Position numbers and translations under genes: made by a program | Shown here: piece by piece, positions 8,241-18,336 of the stretch | Layout: each line of letters opens with the position of its first letter | Numbering within the stretch: the first letter of the stretch is position 1 | Notes under the pieces: generated by a model | What the model was told of the DNA's origin: nothing | Databases searched by the model: none | What the model saw: the letters and a program-made list of their open reading frames with translations, nothing else | NCBI GenBank assembly: GCA_013425335.1 | Contig: JACCLG010000046.1 | Location: forward strand, 1 to 52,510 | Source of the DNA: Candidatus Micrarchaeota archaeon | GTDB lineage: Archaea > Micrarchaeota > Micrarchaeia > Burarchaeales > Fermentimicrarchaeaceae | Reading direction: 5' to 3' | Length of the DNA: 52,510 nt

Positions 8241-9962
8241 ATGAGAGCCCGCAGAGCATTCATCTTCACTGCAGATGCTGTACTCGCCTTCTATCTCATA
8301 ACCATCATACTCTCAATCCTCATGCTTCTCAGCTACACCCCTAAGTTATACACCCAGCAGTTCCAGTCCGTTGCAAGGGATACAGTGGTTGCATTAAGCA
8401 CCATCAGGTTGAGGGACGTGTGGGGCAGTCCACAGTACAACTATACCAACAGCCTTCTGTCCGTGCGAAACAACACCTTGACATTATGGCCCATGTTCCT
8501 GAGGACGATTGACCACAGTACTTCAATAGTTTCTGCATACCCCAAATCCAACTATGTATGGTTAACCTATCTAGTTAGCCCCGTGGGGGCAACAACCGGA
8601 GTTCACTCCACACCCGTGTTGTATAACGGCAAGATTATCGCAACGTCCGAAAACGGCATATACGCCTTTGATGAGAATAATGGGACGAGGCTCTGGTTTT
8701 TACCTATATGCTCTGATTCCACCCCTCTTCTATACAACGGTCGCATCTTTGTAGGGTCTCTCAACAGCAGCTTCTACTCGCTTGATGAGATGGGCAATGT
8801 GGTTTGGAATGCCACTCTCGACGGCAGCGTCATATCCTCGCCAATTGCACACAACGGGAAAGTGTTCATGGGTACCGCCAACGGGTCCCTCGTGTCTTTT
8901 GATGTAGAATCCGGATTCAAGAGCTGGTCTTTCAGCACTCCAGGAAACATAACATCGTCACCAATCTTCTATAACGGAAACATAATTATATTCTCCAATG
9001 ATACTTCCAACATGGGTCACCTCTACGCCCTTGACGAATACAGCGGAGCCTTGATGTGGTCATATAACCAGGGGCTCTCTCAACCGATTGACATATTCAC
9101 CCATCCATCTCCAATAGTCTCAAACGACGTCATCTACTACAGCGATGAATGGAAAATCCATGCATTAATCACAACAACGCTATCTGAGCTGAATGGATGG
9201 CCCGTCAATCAAGTTGGCCTCTCATTCACCTCATCTCCAGCGCTTGACAACAATATGCTGTATATCGGCTGCAGCAATGTGAGTAACCTCAAAAAGGGGG
9301 TATGCATCATTAATACGACCTCATCCCAGCCGTTATTATCATTAGTTCTGGCTGATCTTGGCTCTTCTGTGTACTCCACCCCGCTGGTTGTAAATGATTC
9401 GGTAATAACAGCAACTTACGATGGCACTTTGAGGGTGGTGAATAAGTCCGCTCTGCTTTCTGGCACTGTCCAACCCCTCTGGAGCTATACTGCAACGAAA
9501 CCAATATACTCCTCTCCTGCAGTTGTAAATGGCAGGATATACGTAGGAGCGGATGACGGCAATATCTATTCATTCGGGAACTGTTCTCTATGGGATGACA
9601 ATATGTCAGTAATCGACTCCATCGCCGCATTCTGGAGCATAAACAGGACGGACTGCGCGCGGGCAATTGCAAAGGAATTCCTTGACTCGGCAGTGCCGCA
9701 GAACTACGGTTTTGAGCTTGTGATAAAACCTCCTGAGGGGACAGGCCTGCAATGCAGTAGAATCTTTGGGAATTCATGCTACTACTGCAACGGAACAAAC
9801 TCAACAAAGTGGGATTCTATATACACAAATGACTGCGATCAGACCAAGTACCAAAGGCTTTTAATACGAGACAGCAGATATATATCCGGTTTGTTGCGGA
9901 AGAATAGTGGAATATATTACGCCCAAAGCCCAATAGAAGTTGAGCTAAGAGTCTGGAACTGA
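8241..9962 (+). CDS. Pilin-like protein (class III signal peptide) with PQQ-type beta-propeller repeats
   Basis: RRA/FIFTADA prepilin-like N-terminus; repeated SSP...G.IF.G...G.LY..D..G...W units. Confidence 0.75.
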   Translation: MRARRAFIFTADAVLAFYLITIILSILMLLSYTPKLYTQQFQSVARDTVVALSTIRLRDVWGSPQYNYTNSLLSVRNNTLTLWPMFLRTIDHSTSIVSAYPKSNYVWLTYLVSPVGATTGVHSTPVLYNGKIIATSENGIYAFDENNGTRLWFLPICSDSTPLLYNGRIFVGSLNSSFYSLDEMGNVVWNATLDGSVISSPIAHNGKVFMGTANGSLVSFDVESGFKSWSFSTPGNITSSPIFYNGNIIIFSNDTSNMGHLYALDEYSGALMWSYNQGLSQPIDIFTHPSPIVSNDVIYYSDEWKIHALITTTLSELNGWPVNQVGLSFTSSPALDNNMLYIGCSNVSNLKKGVCIINTTSSQPLLSLVLADLGSSVYSTPLVVNDSVITATYDGTLRVVNKSALLSGTVQPLWSYTATKPIYSSPAVVNGRIYVGADDGNIYSFGNCSLWDDNMSVIDSIAAFWSINRTDCARAIAKEFLDSAVPQNYGFELVIKPPEGTGLQCSRIFGNSCYYCNGTNSTKWDSIYTNDCDQTKYQRLLIRDSRYISGLLRKNSGIYYAQSPIEVELRVWN

Positions 9963-9970
9963 GGTATGCC

Positions 9971-10594
9971 ATGAAGAAAAAAGCATTCTTCTTCACTCTT
10001 CTCGTATTCATCTTCTCCTTCCTTGTCCTGATTTCAGTCACGGCCTGGATACGGACCATGGAATCGCTTGAGAAGCAGGATGTTTCTTCAGTAAGGATAA
10101 CGAAGATGAATGAGTTCTCCAACAGGGTCAAGGATGATGCAGTTAGAAGCACACAGCTGACCGGGTTCAACGCCCTGAGGACTGCAGCCACCTACGTTGC
10201 CTCAAACAACCAGAGCAAATTCCTGAATAACTTGAACTGCATTAACAATTTCTGCATTTATGAGCTCATGCACAATGTAACTATAGAGGGAAATTCCAAT
10301 TACACAAACTGGAACGGTGTTAATATCAGCTTCTCAGCGCCTGACCAGATGGGCAACTTCACCCTCCTGACGTGGGATCAGAAGATTACACGGCTTGCAA
10401 ACGCGTCTGATTTCAACATAAGCATCGCAAGAATGGATGTTGCTGTATTCCAGTCCGACCCCTGGAATGTGAAGATAGGCTATAACCTATATTTCAACAT
10501 AAGCGACAGGACGCTGGACTCTGTATTCAGGACGGATATGGTGCCTGTGCTTGTAACAATCCCGATAACCAATTATACATATTCAGGCGGTTGA
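9971..10594 (+). CDS. Minor pilin-like protein, class III signal peptide
   Basis: MKKKA/FFFTLL plus hydrophobic helix; many N-x-S/T sequons. Confidence 0.6.
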   Translation: MKKKAFFFTLLVFIFSFLVLISVTAWIRTMESLEKQDVSSVRITKMNEFSNRVKDDAVRSTQLTGFNALRTAATYVASNNQSKFLNNLNCINNFCIYELMHNVTIEGNSNYTNWNGVNISFSAPDQMGNFTLLTWDQKITRLANASDFNISIARMDVAVFQSDPWNVKIGYNLYFNISDRTLDSVFRTDMVPVLVTIPITNYTYSGG

Positions 10595-10595
10595 T

Positions 10596-13500
10596 ATGGG
10601 GGATGAAAGAACTAAAATGAAGAATAGGCATATCCTCGGAGCAGTCCTCTCTCTCATTATGGAACATGCGGGCCCTCTTGGCAGAATGACTTCAGCATTG
10701 TTCTTGATGGTTTTCGTGCTTCTACCCTCCTTACTCTTTGCTCCTTCTTATTCACTGAACTCGACCAGTTCAACTCTTGCGGGAACCCCAGGGGTACATA
10801 ACCTCTACTGGCAGGATAGTGCGGGTTTAAGTGGCTACATCTTCCAGTTCTGCAACGGAACCTGGAATGGAACAGGTTGCGGAGGAGGAGGGGCATCAAA
10901 CTGGGCAGACAGCAGCTGCAGCTACAAGAGACAGCTTAACTTCAGCACAGGATTTGGAACGCAGAACCTCACAAACTTCCCAGTTCTTGTTGTGCTGAGC
11001 TCCTCAAGGATAAACTACTCAAGCACCTCTTCTTCAGACATACGCTTCTATGACTCAGACAACTCCACCCTGCTTTATAAGGAGACAGAGCTGTGGAACT
11101 CCTCAGGCAAAAGCTACATCTGGGTCAAAAAGCTGTCTTTGAACAACAATACTAAGGACTACATCTGGGCGTACTACAACTGCTCCAACACAAATTCAGA
11201 TAGTAAAACTCAGGTATGGGATAGCAATTATACGGCAGTCTACCACAGCAATTCATCCAGTGGTGGAACTCTTGTCGATTCGACAAATAAGTATAACGGT
11301 ACTCAAACAAATACTCCCACAGCAACAACCGGGCAGATAGATGGCGCGATGAATTATGCAGTCAGTTCTCAGCAGTACTATTCAACAAGTATAACACCAG
11401 GAAAAACTTTCACCTGGGAAGTGTGGGCAAATATCTCATCCTATACCACATACCACACCATGATATGCACCTCCAGTACCAACTACCAGCTGTTTGACCA
11501 GAACGGCAGTGCTCTTTCAATATGGACTCCAGAGTCTGGGATGGGCGGCGTTAACGCAGGGGTCACCGGTTTGTCCGCGGGTACCTCGTATTACTTTGTT
11601 GAGGTGCGTGATGGGGACTCCATAACGAACGGATACAAATTCTATAAAAATGGTGCGTTGACAAGCACCCAGTATACCACGGGCACCTGGAGCCCGTCAA
11701 ATACCATAATGATAGCCGATAGGGCGGACTCATTAACTCAAGCTTTTAACGGTGCGCTAGATGAAATACGAATCTCCAGCACAAACCGTTCAGCCTCTTG
11801 GCTAAATGCCACATACCTCACAGGAATGGACCAGCTCATAACTTACGGCTCAGAACAGGCAAAGGGAAGCAGCGGGTGGGTCAACGATTCCTGGGTTGCA
11901 TTCAGCTCCGGTATGTGCTCCACACCGTATACCGCATGCTGGAGCAATGTGACGAAGGTCATCAACTCCACAGGAAATGCGGTAATCGCATGGTGCGTTT
12001 CTACCAACAACACGTTAAACGTCTCGAATGGAACCTCCTGCAGCCCACCTTTCACCTATCTGACTGTCGCACAAACACCAACTCAGCTCAACCAGTCCGC
12101 TTCACCTTCACAACCGCAGCTTTATGGAACTGTCGTCAATTTCATTTGCAACTATTCCAATGCCAGCAATAATGCGCCAATTACGGGCGCAACAGTATAC
12201 GTGAATCTAAACAGCTTTAATTACACAGCAACCTACAACGCAACCACTGGCAATTATACCTACACAAACAGCACTCTCCCGCTGGGAAGTAACACTTGGT
12301 ACTGCATTGCAAATGAAACCGGCTACCAGTCCCAGACTGGCTCCACCCAGACCTACACAATAACGCTCTCATCGAATACCACTATTGTCTCACTAAGCCC
12401 GGCGGATGGATCGGCTGTTACACAGAGAACGGTCAAATTCACCTACAACGTTACATGGGTTGCGTATACGCCAATCAACTGCTCCCTCTGGGATAGTTCG
12501 AGCGGCACATTTAGTTTTGCGTTGTTAAACAGCAGCCGCTTGGTAAATGCCTCTCAGAACAATATCACCAAAACCTACTCGCGGGATTATGATTCAATTA
12601 CGTGGGCTATTCAGTGCTGCGATTCAAGCGGGGCATGCCCCATGTCGTCCCAGCAGATAGTTGCAGTGCACACCTCGAATATTGGCATTTCTGCTTCACC
12701 CCCAAGCCCCCAGTGCATCAATTCACTAGTGTATTTCTACTGCAACTACACTGATGGCAATGGGATTCCGATTCAGAATGCGCTTGTCAATATGAGCTTT
12801 GGTTCAAAAATATACAGCAACGATCCAGCCCTTTTGTTACTTGGATATCCTCCTGTCTACTACAACAGCAGCTTAGGGGAGTACTACTTTTATACCATCA
12901 TCATAAACAGCCAAGGTGATTATCCCTACAACTGCAGCGCATCGCAGAACGGCTATCCTTACAACAGCACGAGCAGCACTTATACGATTAAAGACCTGCT
13001 AAACTCTTCTCTAAGTGTCAACTCCACTCCGGCAACTCCATCGGTTTACGGCACAAGTGTATACTTCAACGGCACCTACACAAATACAAGCGGTGCACAG
13101 CCGATAATCCTAACCAATGCATTGTGCAGCCTGACTATACCCGGTCCGATCACCTACAACAACTTGATTTTTAATACTACAACAAACAGCTATGGGGTTC
13201 TAGTGGACGCGCTTGCGCCCTATGACAACAACTATGTGTTCCAGTGCAGCCAAACATGTTTCCAAACGGCATCCTACCACGGATATTTTTACATGTCCTA
13301 TAGCGGTCTTCCGTTATCCCCAGCTCTCACATTTGAGGATCCTCTCTACTCCACAAAAACCAATGGAACTTCTCATAAACTCATAAGCGCTGCCTCCAGC
13401 AATGACAGTTTTGTCGCAAACATCAGCTATAGCATGAGCGGCTCTGGCTGGGTTTATACAATGGTAACAAAGCCTATAAAAGATAATCCGCAATGCAACG

Positions 13501-14117
13501 AACTCCCCCCTCCCGACTCTTCCAAGATTCTGCTTGTAAAAAACTCAACATACATAGCGGATACATCCCCAACCGGGTGCCCCCAGGTGAACAGCAGCTA
13601 CGCTGGAGTCATATTTGAGGATGATTACTGCGGCAGGATTTCTAACTGCAACCTAGCTTCGCTGCCATACGCATACAACTTCACCTCTCCCATATACAAC
13701 AGCATATCCAATGCTTCCTACGTTCTGCTGAATGGCGATTACCATGTGGTGCAGAACATCTCAAAACTCAGGGAATTCTATCTAAACGGCTACTACCGAG
13801 CCAGCAATTATGCGCCAAGCTTCCTTATGAGGCTGAGCGGGCAATTTACTCAATCCCCGTATGGTATGGAGTCATTTGTTAAAATTAATCAATTTGTAAG
13901 CCCAACGTCTGCCGTTGATTATTACTACTTCAACAGCAGCCTGAATCCATTGACTGTATACAAAATAAAGGGAATGCCAAACTGCGAGAACAAAGCTGCA
14001 TGCAGTCAACCCCCACCTCACTTCTATCTTGACAACGAGATAGCTGTTGCCAACTCAAGCGGAACATACACCCACCTGCAGATATACACCGGTGGTATGA
14101 GTCTTGTTACGCCCTAG
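10596..14117 (+). CDS. Large surface glycoprotein/adhesin (DUF2341-like, LamG, Ig-like repeats)
   Basis: LTNFPVLV...DIRFYD...WVK (DUF2341-like), FNGALDEIRIS (LamG), S/T/N/Y-rich beta domains. Confidence 0.72.
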   Translation: MGDERTKMKNRHILGAVLSLIMEHAGPLGRMTSALFLMVFVLLPSLLFAPSYSLNSTSSTLAGTPGVHNLYWQDSAGLSGYIFQFCNGTWNGTGCGGGGASNWADSSCSYKRQLNFSTGFGTQNLTNFPVLVVLSSSRINYSSTSSSDIRFYDSDNSTLLYKETELWNSSGKSYIWVKKLSLNNNTKDYIWAYYNCSNTNSDSKTQVWDSNYTAVYHSNSSSGGTLVDSTNKYNGTQTNTPTATTGQIDGAMNYAVSSQQYYSTSITPGKTFTWEVWANISSYTTYHTMICTSSTNYQLFDQNGSALSIWTPESGMGGVNAGVTGLSAGTSYYFVEVRDGDSITNGYKFYKNGALTSTQYTTGTWSPSNTIMIADRADSLTQAFNGALDEIRISSTNRSASWLNATYLTGMDQLITYGSEQAKGSSGWVNDSWVAFSSGMCSTPYTACWSNVTKVINSTGNAVIAWCVSTNNTLNVSNGTSCSPPFTYLTVAQTPTQLNQSASPSQPQLYGTVVNFICNYSNASNNAPITGATVYVNLNSFNYTATYNATTGNYTYTNSTLPLGSNTWYCIANETGYQSQTGSTQTYTITLSSNTTIVSLSPADGSAVTQRTVKFTYNVTWVAYTPINCSLWDSSSGTFSFALLNSSRLVNASQNNITKTYSRDYDSITWAIQCCDSSGACPMSSQQIVAVHTSNIGISASPPSPQCINSLVYFYCNYTDGNGIPIQNALVNMSFGSKIYSNDPALLLLGYPPVYYNSSLGEYYFYTIIINSQGDYPYNCSASQNGYPYNSTSSTYTIKDLLNSSLSVNSTPATPSVYGTSVYFNGTYTNTSGAQPIILTNALCSLTIPGPITYNNLIFNTTTNSYGVLVDALAPYDNNYVFQCSQTCFQTASYHGYFYMSYSGLPLSPALTFEDPLYSTKTNGTSHKLISAASSNDSFVANISYSMSGSGWVYTMVTKPIKDNPQCNELPPPDSSKILLVKNSTYIADTSPTGCPQVNSSYAGVIFEDDYCGRISNCNLASLPYAYNFTSPIYNSISNASYVLLNGDYHVVQNISKLREFYLNGYYRASNYAPSFLMRLSGQFTQSPYGMESFVKINQFVSPTSAVDYYYFNSSLNPLTVYKIKGMPNCENKAACSQPPPHFYLDNEIAVANSSGTYTHLQIYTGGMSLVTP

Positions 14118-14127
14118 ATTTACGGCA

Positions 14128-15147
14128 TCATCTTGAGAACAGGGACGCAAACACGAGGCCGAATAGCAAAGTTACTGCAAAAAACACCGCCAGCCCAAGC
14201 CCCACAAAAAATGGAGCATACTTGAAGCCGTTTATCCAAGAGCCGGTATTGATTACCGCAATAATCATTGATGCTGAAAATGTGACAAGTATTGTCGCAA
14301 TAATCGCGAACTTGTAGAAGTCATCTGTCGATACCTTTGGCGGTCTCGGCTGGAGTATTGACGACATCGCCCCAATCTTCGGGAAGCCCTCGGGATTCTG
14401 CTTGTTGATATCGCTCCATATCTTATTTGTGGAGCCTATCAGCTGATAGGAAAGCCCGTATAGCATAGGAGCTCCTATGCAGGATGCAAAAACGATGAAT
14501 ATGACGTACATGAGCATCATCTCAGAAATTTCCTTGTGCAGTATCTGCACCTGCCTCGCATCTGAAGAGCACTTCTCAAGTAGTGTTGCAATCTCACCTC
14601 CGCTGGAACTCTCCTCAATAATCAGGTTGACGGTCCTGTTAAGCTGCCTTGAGTTGAACTTCTTCGCAAGCTTCCTCAGAGCCTGAGTGAATGGCTCCCC
14701 TCCAAATGTCCGCCTTGTCGTATTTGCAACCTCCTCAGAGAGAAGGCCGAACTCGGGCCTTGCGGCAAACCATAAAGCCCTTTCAATTGACATGCCCGCC
14801 CTGACGTTTGCTGCGCATATCTGCAGGAAATCAGGAAGCACTTCTTCTATCTGCTTCTTCCTGTTGTCTATCCTCATCCTCAGCCATACGTAAATTACCA
14901 GAGCATCGAATATCATAACTCCCACTGACACAATCAGAGCAATGTCCGGGAAGGCTCTAACCATGAAAATGAAGGTGGGAATGGGGATTCCCAGCACGGC
15001 GAGTATGACCATTCCCATAAATACCTCTGGCGATATGTCCACCCCGGCCATTGCCAGGACGTCCTCCACCTGCAGTATCCATTCTCTTCTCAGCAACCTT
15101 CCCAATACACCGTATACTTCAGCCATGCTTCTTACCTCATATATCAA
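14128..15147 (-). CDS. Type II/IV secretion system F-family platform protein (TadC/PilC-like)
   Basis: LPDFLQ..AANVRAGMSIERAL, FGLLSEE, multiple TM helices. Confidence 0.88.
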   Translation of the reverse strand: MIYEVRSMAEVYGVLGRLLRREWILQVEDVLAMAGVDISPEVFMGMVILAVLGIPIPTFIFMVRAFPDIALIVSVGVMIFDALVIYVWLRMRIDNRKKQIEEVLPDFLQICAANVRAGMSIERALWFAARPEFGLLSEEVANTTRRTFGGEPFTQALRKLAKKFNSRQLNRTVNLIIEESSSGGEIATLLEKCSSDARQVQILHKEISEMMLMYVIFIVFASCIGAPMLYGLSYQLIGSTNKIWSDINKQNPEGFPKIGAMSSILQPRPPKVSTDDFYKFAIIATILVTFSASMIIAVINTGSWINGFKYAPFFVGLGLAVFFAVTLLFGLVFASLFSR

Positions 15148-16069
15148 AGTTCGGTCTTGAAGACCTCAGTATTGTCATGAAGGCATACTGCATCAATGCA
15201 AGGAACACCAGCACGATAGTGAGAGTCCCGAAATCAACATCAAAGCTTACGAACGAGCTCAGTATCACTCCAATTGCAACCCCGAGCGAAGGCAGGATTA
15301 TCGCAAACAGCATGTAGAACATGGCAATCGGGTTGAGCTTCTGCCCGTACCTCTTTATCTCTATTATCTGCTCCTGGGAAATCTGGTTCAGGGCGCTCTC
15401 CAGCCCAGTCCCTATATCAGAGCCGGACCTCAGGGACATGAGCACCTGCAGTATTATTCTCCTGAACGAAGGCGCCTTGTTCGACTCGTAGGCCTGCTGC
15501 AGCGCTATTTCCGCAGGAATCCCGCTGTCCACCCTCTCCACTATCTTCTGGAATTCCTTGCTTGTAGCCCCGTAATCCTTCCTGACTCCTACAAGCGCAT
15601 TGAAGAGCGGGGCTCCTGACTTCAGCGCTATGAGCATATCCCTGCCTGCAAACAGTGAATCCCTATCAACCTCTCTTGCCTTCTGGCTTATCTTGACATC
15701 AATCGCCCCAATCCCCATGATGAAGAAAACGAAGAACAGCACTGGCGATATGAGCACAACCAGCAGCCATGGGAACTGGAAAACGGATGCAAGCATTGCG
15801 AGCACTATGGTGAATATTATCATCATGACGAAGGCATTTAAAAGCGTCCTTGTGGCGAAGTCCCTAGGGTCGATATCCATGTCCGCCATCTCAAGCTTCC
15901 TCGGCAAATCCGGGAATTGCTTGACAACAACGCCAATGATTCTCTTGTCCCATCCAACACGAGCCCTGCGCCCCTCGGCTCTAGTTGCCGGCAGTTGCGG
16001 CTCCTTTTTCTGCGCGATAATCTTTTCCAGCGCCTGCTTCACTTCCTCCTTTTTTTCTGACTCGCCCAT
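15137..16069 (-). CDS. Type II/IV secretion system F-family platform protein (TadB-like)
   Basis: LKSGAPLFNAL, EFQKIV...SG.P.E.AL, TM helices; probable start MGESEK at 16069. Confidence 0.85.
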   Translation of the reverse strand: MGESEKKEEVKQALEKIIAQKKEPQLPATRAEGRRARVGWDKRIIGVVVKQFPDLPRKLEMADMDIDPRDFATRTLLNAFVMMIIFTIVLAMLASVFQFPWLLVVLISPVLFFVFFIMGIGAIDVKISQKAREVDRDSLFAGRDMLIALKSGAPLFNALVGVRKDYGATSKEFQKIVERVDSGIPAEIALQQAYESNKAPSFRRIILQVLMSLRSGSDIGTGLESALNQISQEQIIEIKRYGQKLNPIAMFYMLFAIILPSLGVAIGVILSSFVSFDVDFGTLTIVLVFLALMQYAFMTILRSSRPNFDI

Positions 16070-16076
16070 TCTCAAC

Positions 16077-16790
16077 TCACCCGCTTTCAAGTAAATCTTC
16101 AATGTCCTTCTTCATCTTCCTTATCCTCTCCTGCTTCTCCCTCTCCTCCTTCTTCATGGTTATCTTCTTGAAATTCTCGCTGAGCTCCTTTATCTCCTCA
16201 GCTTTAGCCTCATCAATCACAGGCTTCTCTTCACCCGTGGCTATATTCATCTCAGCTGCCTGCCTTGGCCTCTCAGGCTCGGCTTTTGGCTTACCAAGGA
16301 CGAACTGCTTCTCTCTCGGCGCCTCTGGGGCCTGCCTTGCATCATTTGAGACTTCTATGACGCGTTTCTTCTCTGGAATGTTCAACATGAGGTTGGCAAA
16401 CTTCTCTTTCATGCTCTCCAGTTTCCTTTCCTCCTCCTCTATCTCTTGCTCGCTCCTTTCCAGAACCTCAACCTTCTCCTGCGGTATCCTCTCAAGCTCC
16501 TTCTCGCTGAGAATCCTCCGCCCGGCCATCTTCTCAGCCTTCTCCTCCTTCTCAATTCTCGCAGCCTTCCTTCCCACGCTTTCTATTTCCTCAGCACTCT
16601 TGAGGGCAGATTCGTATGAATCTATAGAAACATTCTCAACATCAGAATACTCAAAAACAGCACCGCCTGGAAATACCTTCGCTCCAGTTGGTATTGCCTC
16701 TCTCTCAAGCCTCCTTGCCTCGCTGGATGCTTTCAGGAAAGCCGCATCCACATTCTCTGTCACACCCTTGTCATCCGTCTCACTTGCCAT
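16077..16790 (-). CDS. Hypothetical charged/coiled-coil protein in the pilus operon
   Basis: E/K-rich ORF overlapping or closely abutting its neighbours. Confidence 0.6.
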   Translation of the reverse strand: MASETDDKGVTENVDAAFLKASSEARRLEREAIPTGAKVFPGGAVFEYSDVENVSIDSYESALKSAEEIESVGRKAARIEKEEKAEKMAGRRILSEKELERIPQEKVEVLERSEQEIEEEERKLESMKEKFANLMLNIPEKKRVIEVSNDARQAPEAPREKQFVLGKPKAEPERPRQAAEMNIATGEEKPVIDEAKAEEIKELSENFKKITMKKEEREKQERIRKMKKDIEDLLESG

Positions 16791-18297
16791 ACAACCCCAG
16801 CTCCTCGCTCCAAGGCTCGTCCCTGTTTACAATTTCCATCATCTCTCCAGAATTCCTGTAGTACCGCGATACAACCAAACCCACATTATCCACGTCTCTT
16901 ATCTGGTTCTTCAGAATCCACTTCAGCACCTTGGTTTTCTCTGCTATGTCATCAACTATCTCCTTCCTAGTCATACCTGCGTAGAGGGAGAGCGTGTCCG
17001 CAAGCACGCTCAGCTCGTTTATCTCCTTTATTGCGTCAGTCTTCAAATCCCACCTTGCTATGATGTTGATGTCCCCTCCTTTTAATATTTCAGCAAACTC
17101 CAGCATCCTCCTTATGCCAAGCCTCCTGTGCCTGAACTGAACAATAATCCCGGCAAGTGCATCCAGCATGCTCTTTGGAATGTTGATTGGCGGGTTGGTC
17201 AGCCTTGTCACCGTGTCGCCTGCATTGTCCGCGTGCAGTGTTGCGTAAACAGAATGGCCGGTGTGCATTGCCTCAAAAAGAACCTCGGCCTCCTTCTGCC
17301 TCCTTATCTCCCCCACTATTATCCTGTCGGGCCTCTGCCTCAGGGCGTTCACCAGCAAATCCAGCATTGTCACCTCTCCCTTGCCCTCGGGGTTTGGCTG
17401 CCTTGTGAGCATGGGCACCCACTGCATGTGCTTCGGCAGCGTCAGCTCCGATGTATCCTCTATGGTGATTATCCTGTGGTTGGGTGGTATAAAGCATGAG
17501 ATTGAGTTCAGAAAGGATGTCTTTCCGGAAGCGGTTCCTCCCGAGACGAGCAGGGACAACTCATTCTGCATGCACATCCATATGAGGGAAGCAGCCTCTG
17601 GGCTTATGGAATTCCTCTCAAGCACCGCAGTGATTGTCCAGGGGTTCTTTGAGAACTTTCTTATGGTTATGGTATTGCCGCACACTGAAATGGGGTGCAG
17701 CGTTGCATTTACCCTTGACCCGTCCGTAAGCGTTGCGTCCATGAGTGGGTTGAGAACTGTTATCTGCTTGCCTATCCTTCTGCCTATGCTGGCTGCGTAT
17801 TCATATATTGTCTCCTCATCCTTGAGGTTGAGGTTTGTCTTGCACCACCCGTGCTTCTTGTGGAACACCCATACAGGCTCGGATGCCCCGTTGACTACTA
17901 CCTCCTCAAGGTTCTCATCATGAATCGGAGTCTCCAAATCCCCCAAGCCGAGCATATTCTGGACAAGGTATGCCGCAAGCAGCTTCTTGGCATCATCGGA
18001 AATCGTCAGGAAATGCTTGTCCAGCAGCTTCATGGCCTTCTCTTCGAACTTCTTCCTTACCTGGTCTATGAGCTTCGGGTTCATGAGCTCGTCAGCGTCA
18101 AGCTTCACATCGGTTATGAGCTCCCCTCGCAGTGTATTAAGCACTATCTTTGTCCCTTCCCCCAGGCCTCGCACTCCAATTTCGTAAAAGGGGACAAAAT
18201 CCTTCTTTGTCTGGCTTATCTTCACTGTAACTGGTATATCGCCTGCCAAAAAGCTGTACTCCTCAATGGTCCCCTCACTAGCTTCCTGGTCGCTCAA
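16780..18297 (-). CDS. Type IV pilus assembly ATPase (VirB11/CpaF/FlaI family)
   Basis: Walker A GGTASGKT, ITIED, LRQRPDRIIVGEIR, TGH...TLHA. Confidence 0.93.
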   Translation of the reverse strand: MSDQEASEGTIEEYSFLAGDIPVTVKISQTKKDFVPFYEIGVRGLGEGTKIVLNTLRGELITDVKLDADELMNPKLIDQVRKKFEEKAMKLLDKHFLTISDDAKKLLAAYLVQNMLGLGDLETPIHDENLEEVVVNGASEPVWVFHKKHGWCKTNLNLKDEETIYEYAASIGRRIGKQITVLNPLMDATLTDGSRVNATLHPISVCGNTITIRKFSKNPWTITAVLERNSISPEAASLIWMCMQNELSLLVSGGTASGKTSFLNSISCFIPPNHRIITIEDTSELTLPKHMQWVPMLTRQPNPEGKGEVTMLDLLVNALRQRPDRIIVGEIRRQKEAEVLFEAMHTGHSVYATLHADNAGDTVTRLTNPPINIPKSMLDALAGIIVQFRHRRLGIRRMLEFAEILKGGDINIIARWDLKTDAIKEINELSVLADTLSLYAGMTRKEIVDDIAEKTKVLKWILKNQIRDVDNVGLVVSRYYRNSGEMMEIVNRDEPWSEELGLYGK

Positions 18298-18336
18298 CTA
18301 ATCACCACATAATAATCTTTTGCGGGGAATATAAAC

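Noticed and set aside
10590-10600. Stop-codon readthrough fusing the pilin and adhesin
   Set aside because: The ORFs are in different frames and the second has its own hydrophobic N-terminus.
16102-17085. 327-aa plus-strand ORF and similar S/F/L-rich ORFs opposite smc
   Set aside because: Antisense shadows of E/K-rich genes.
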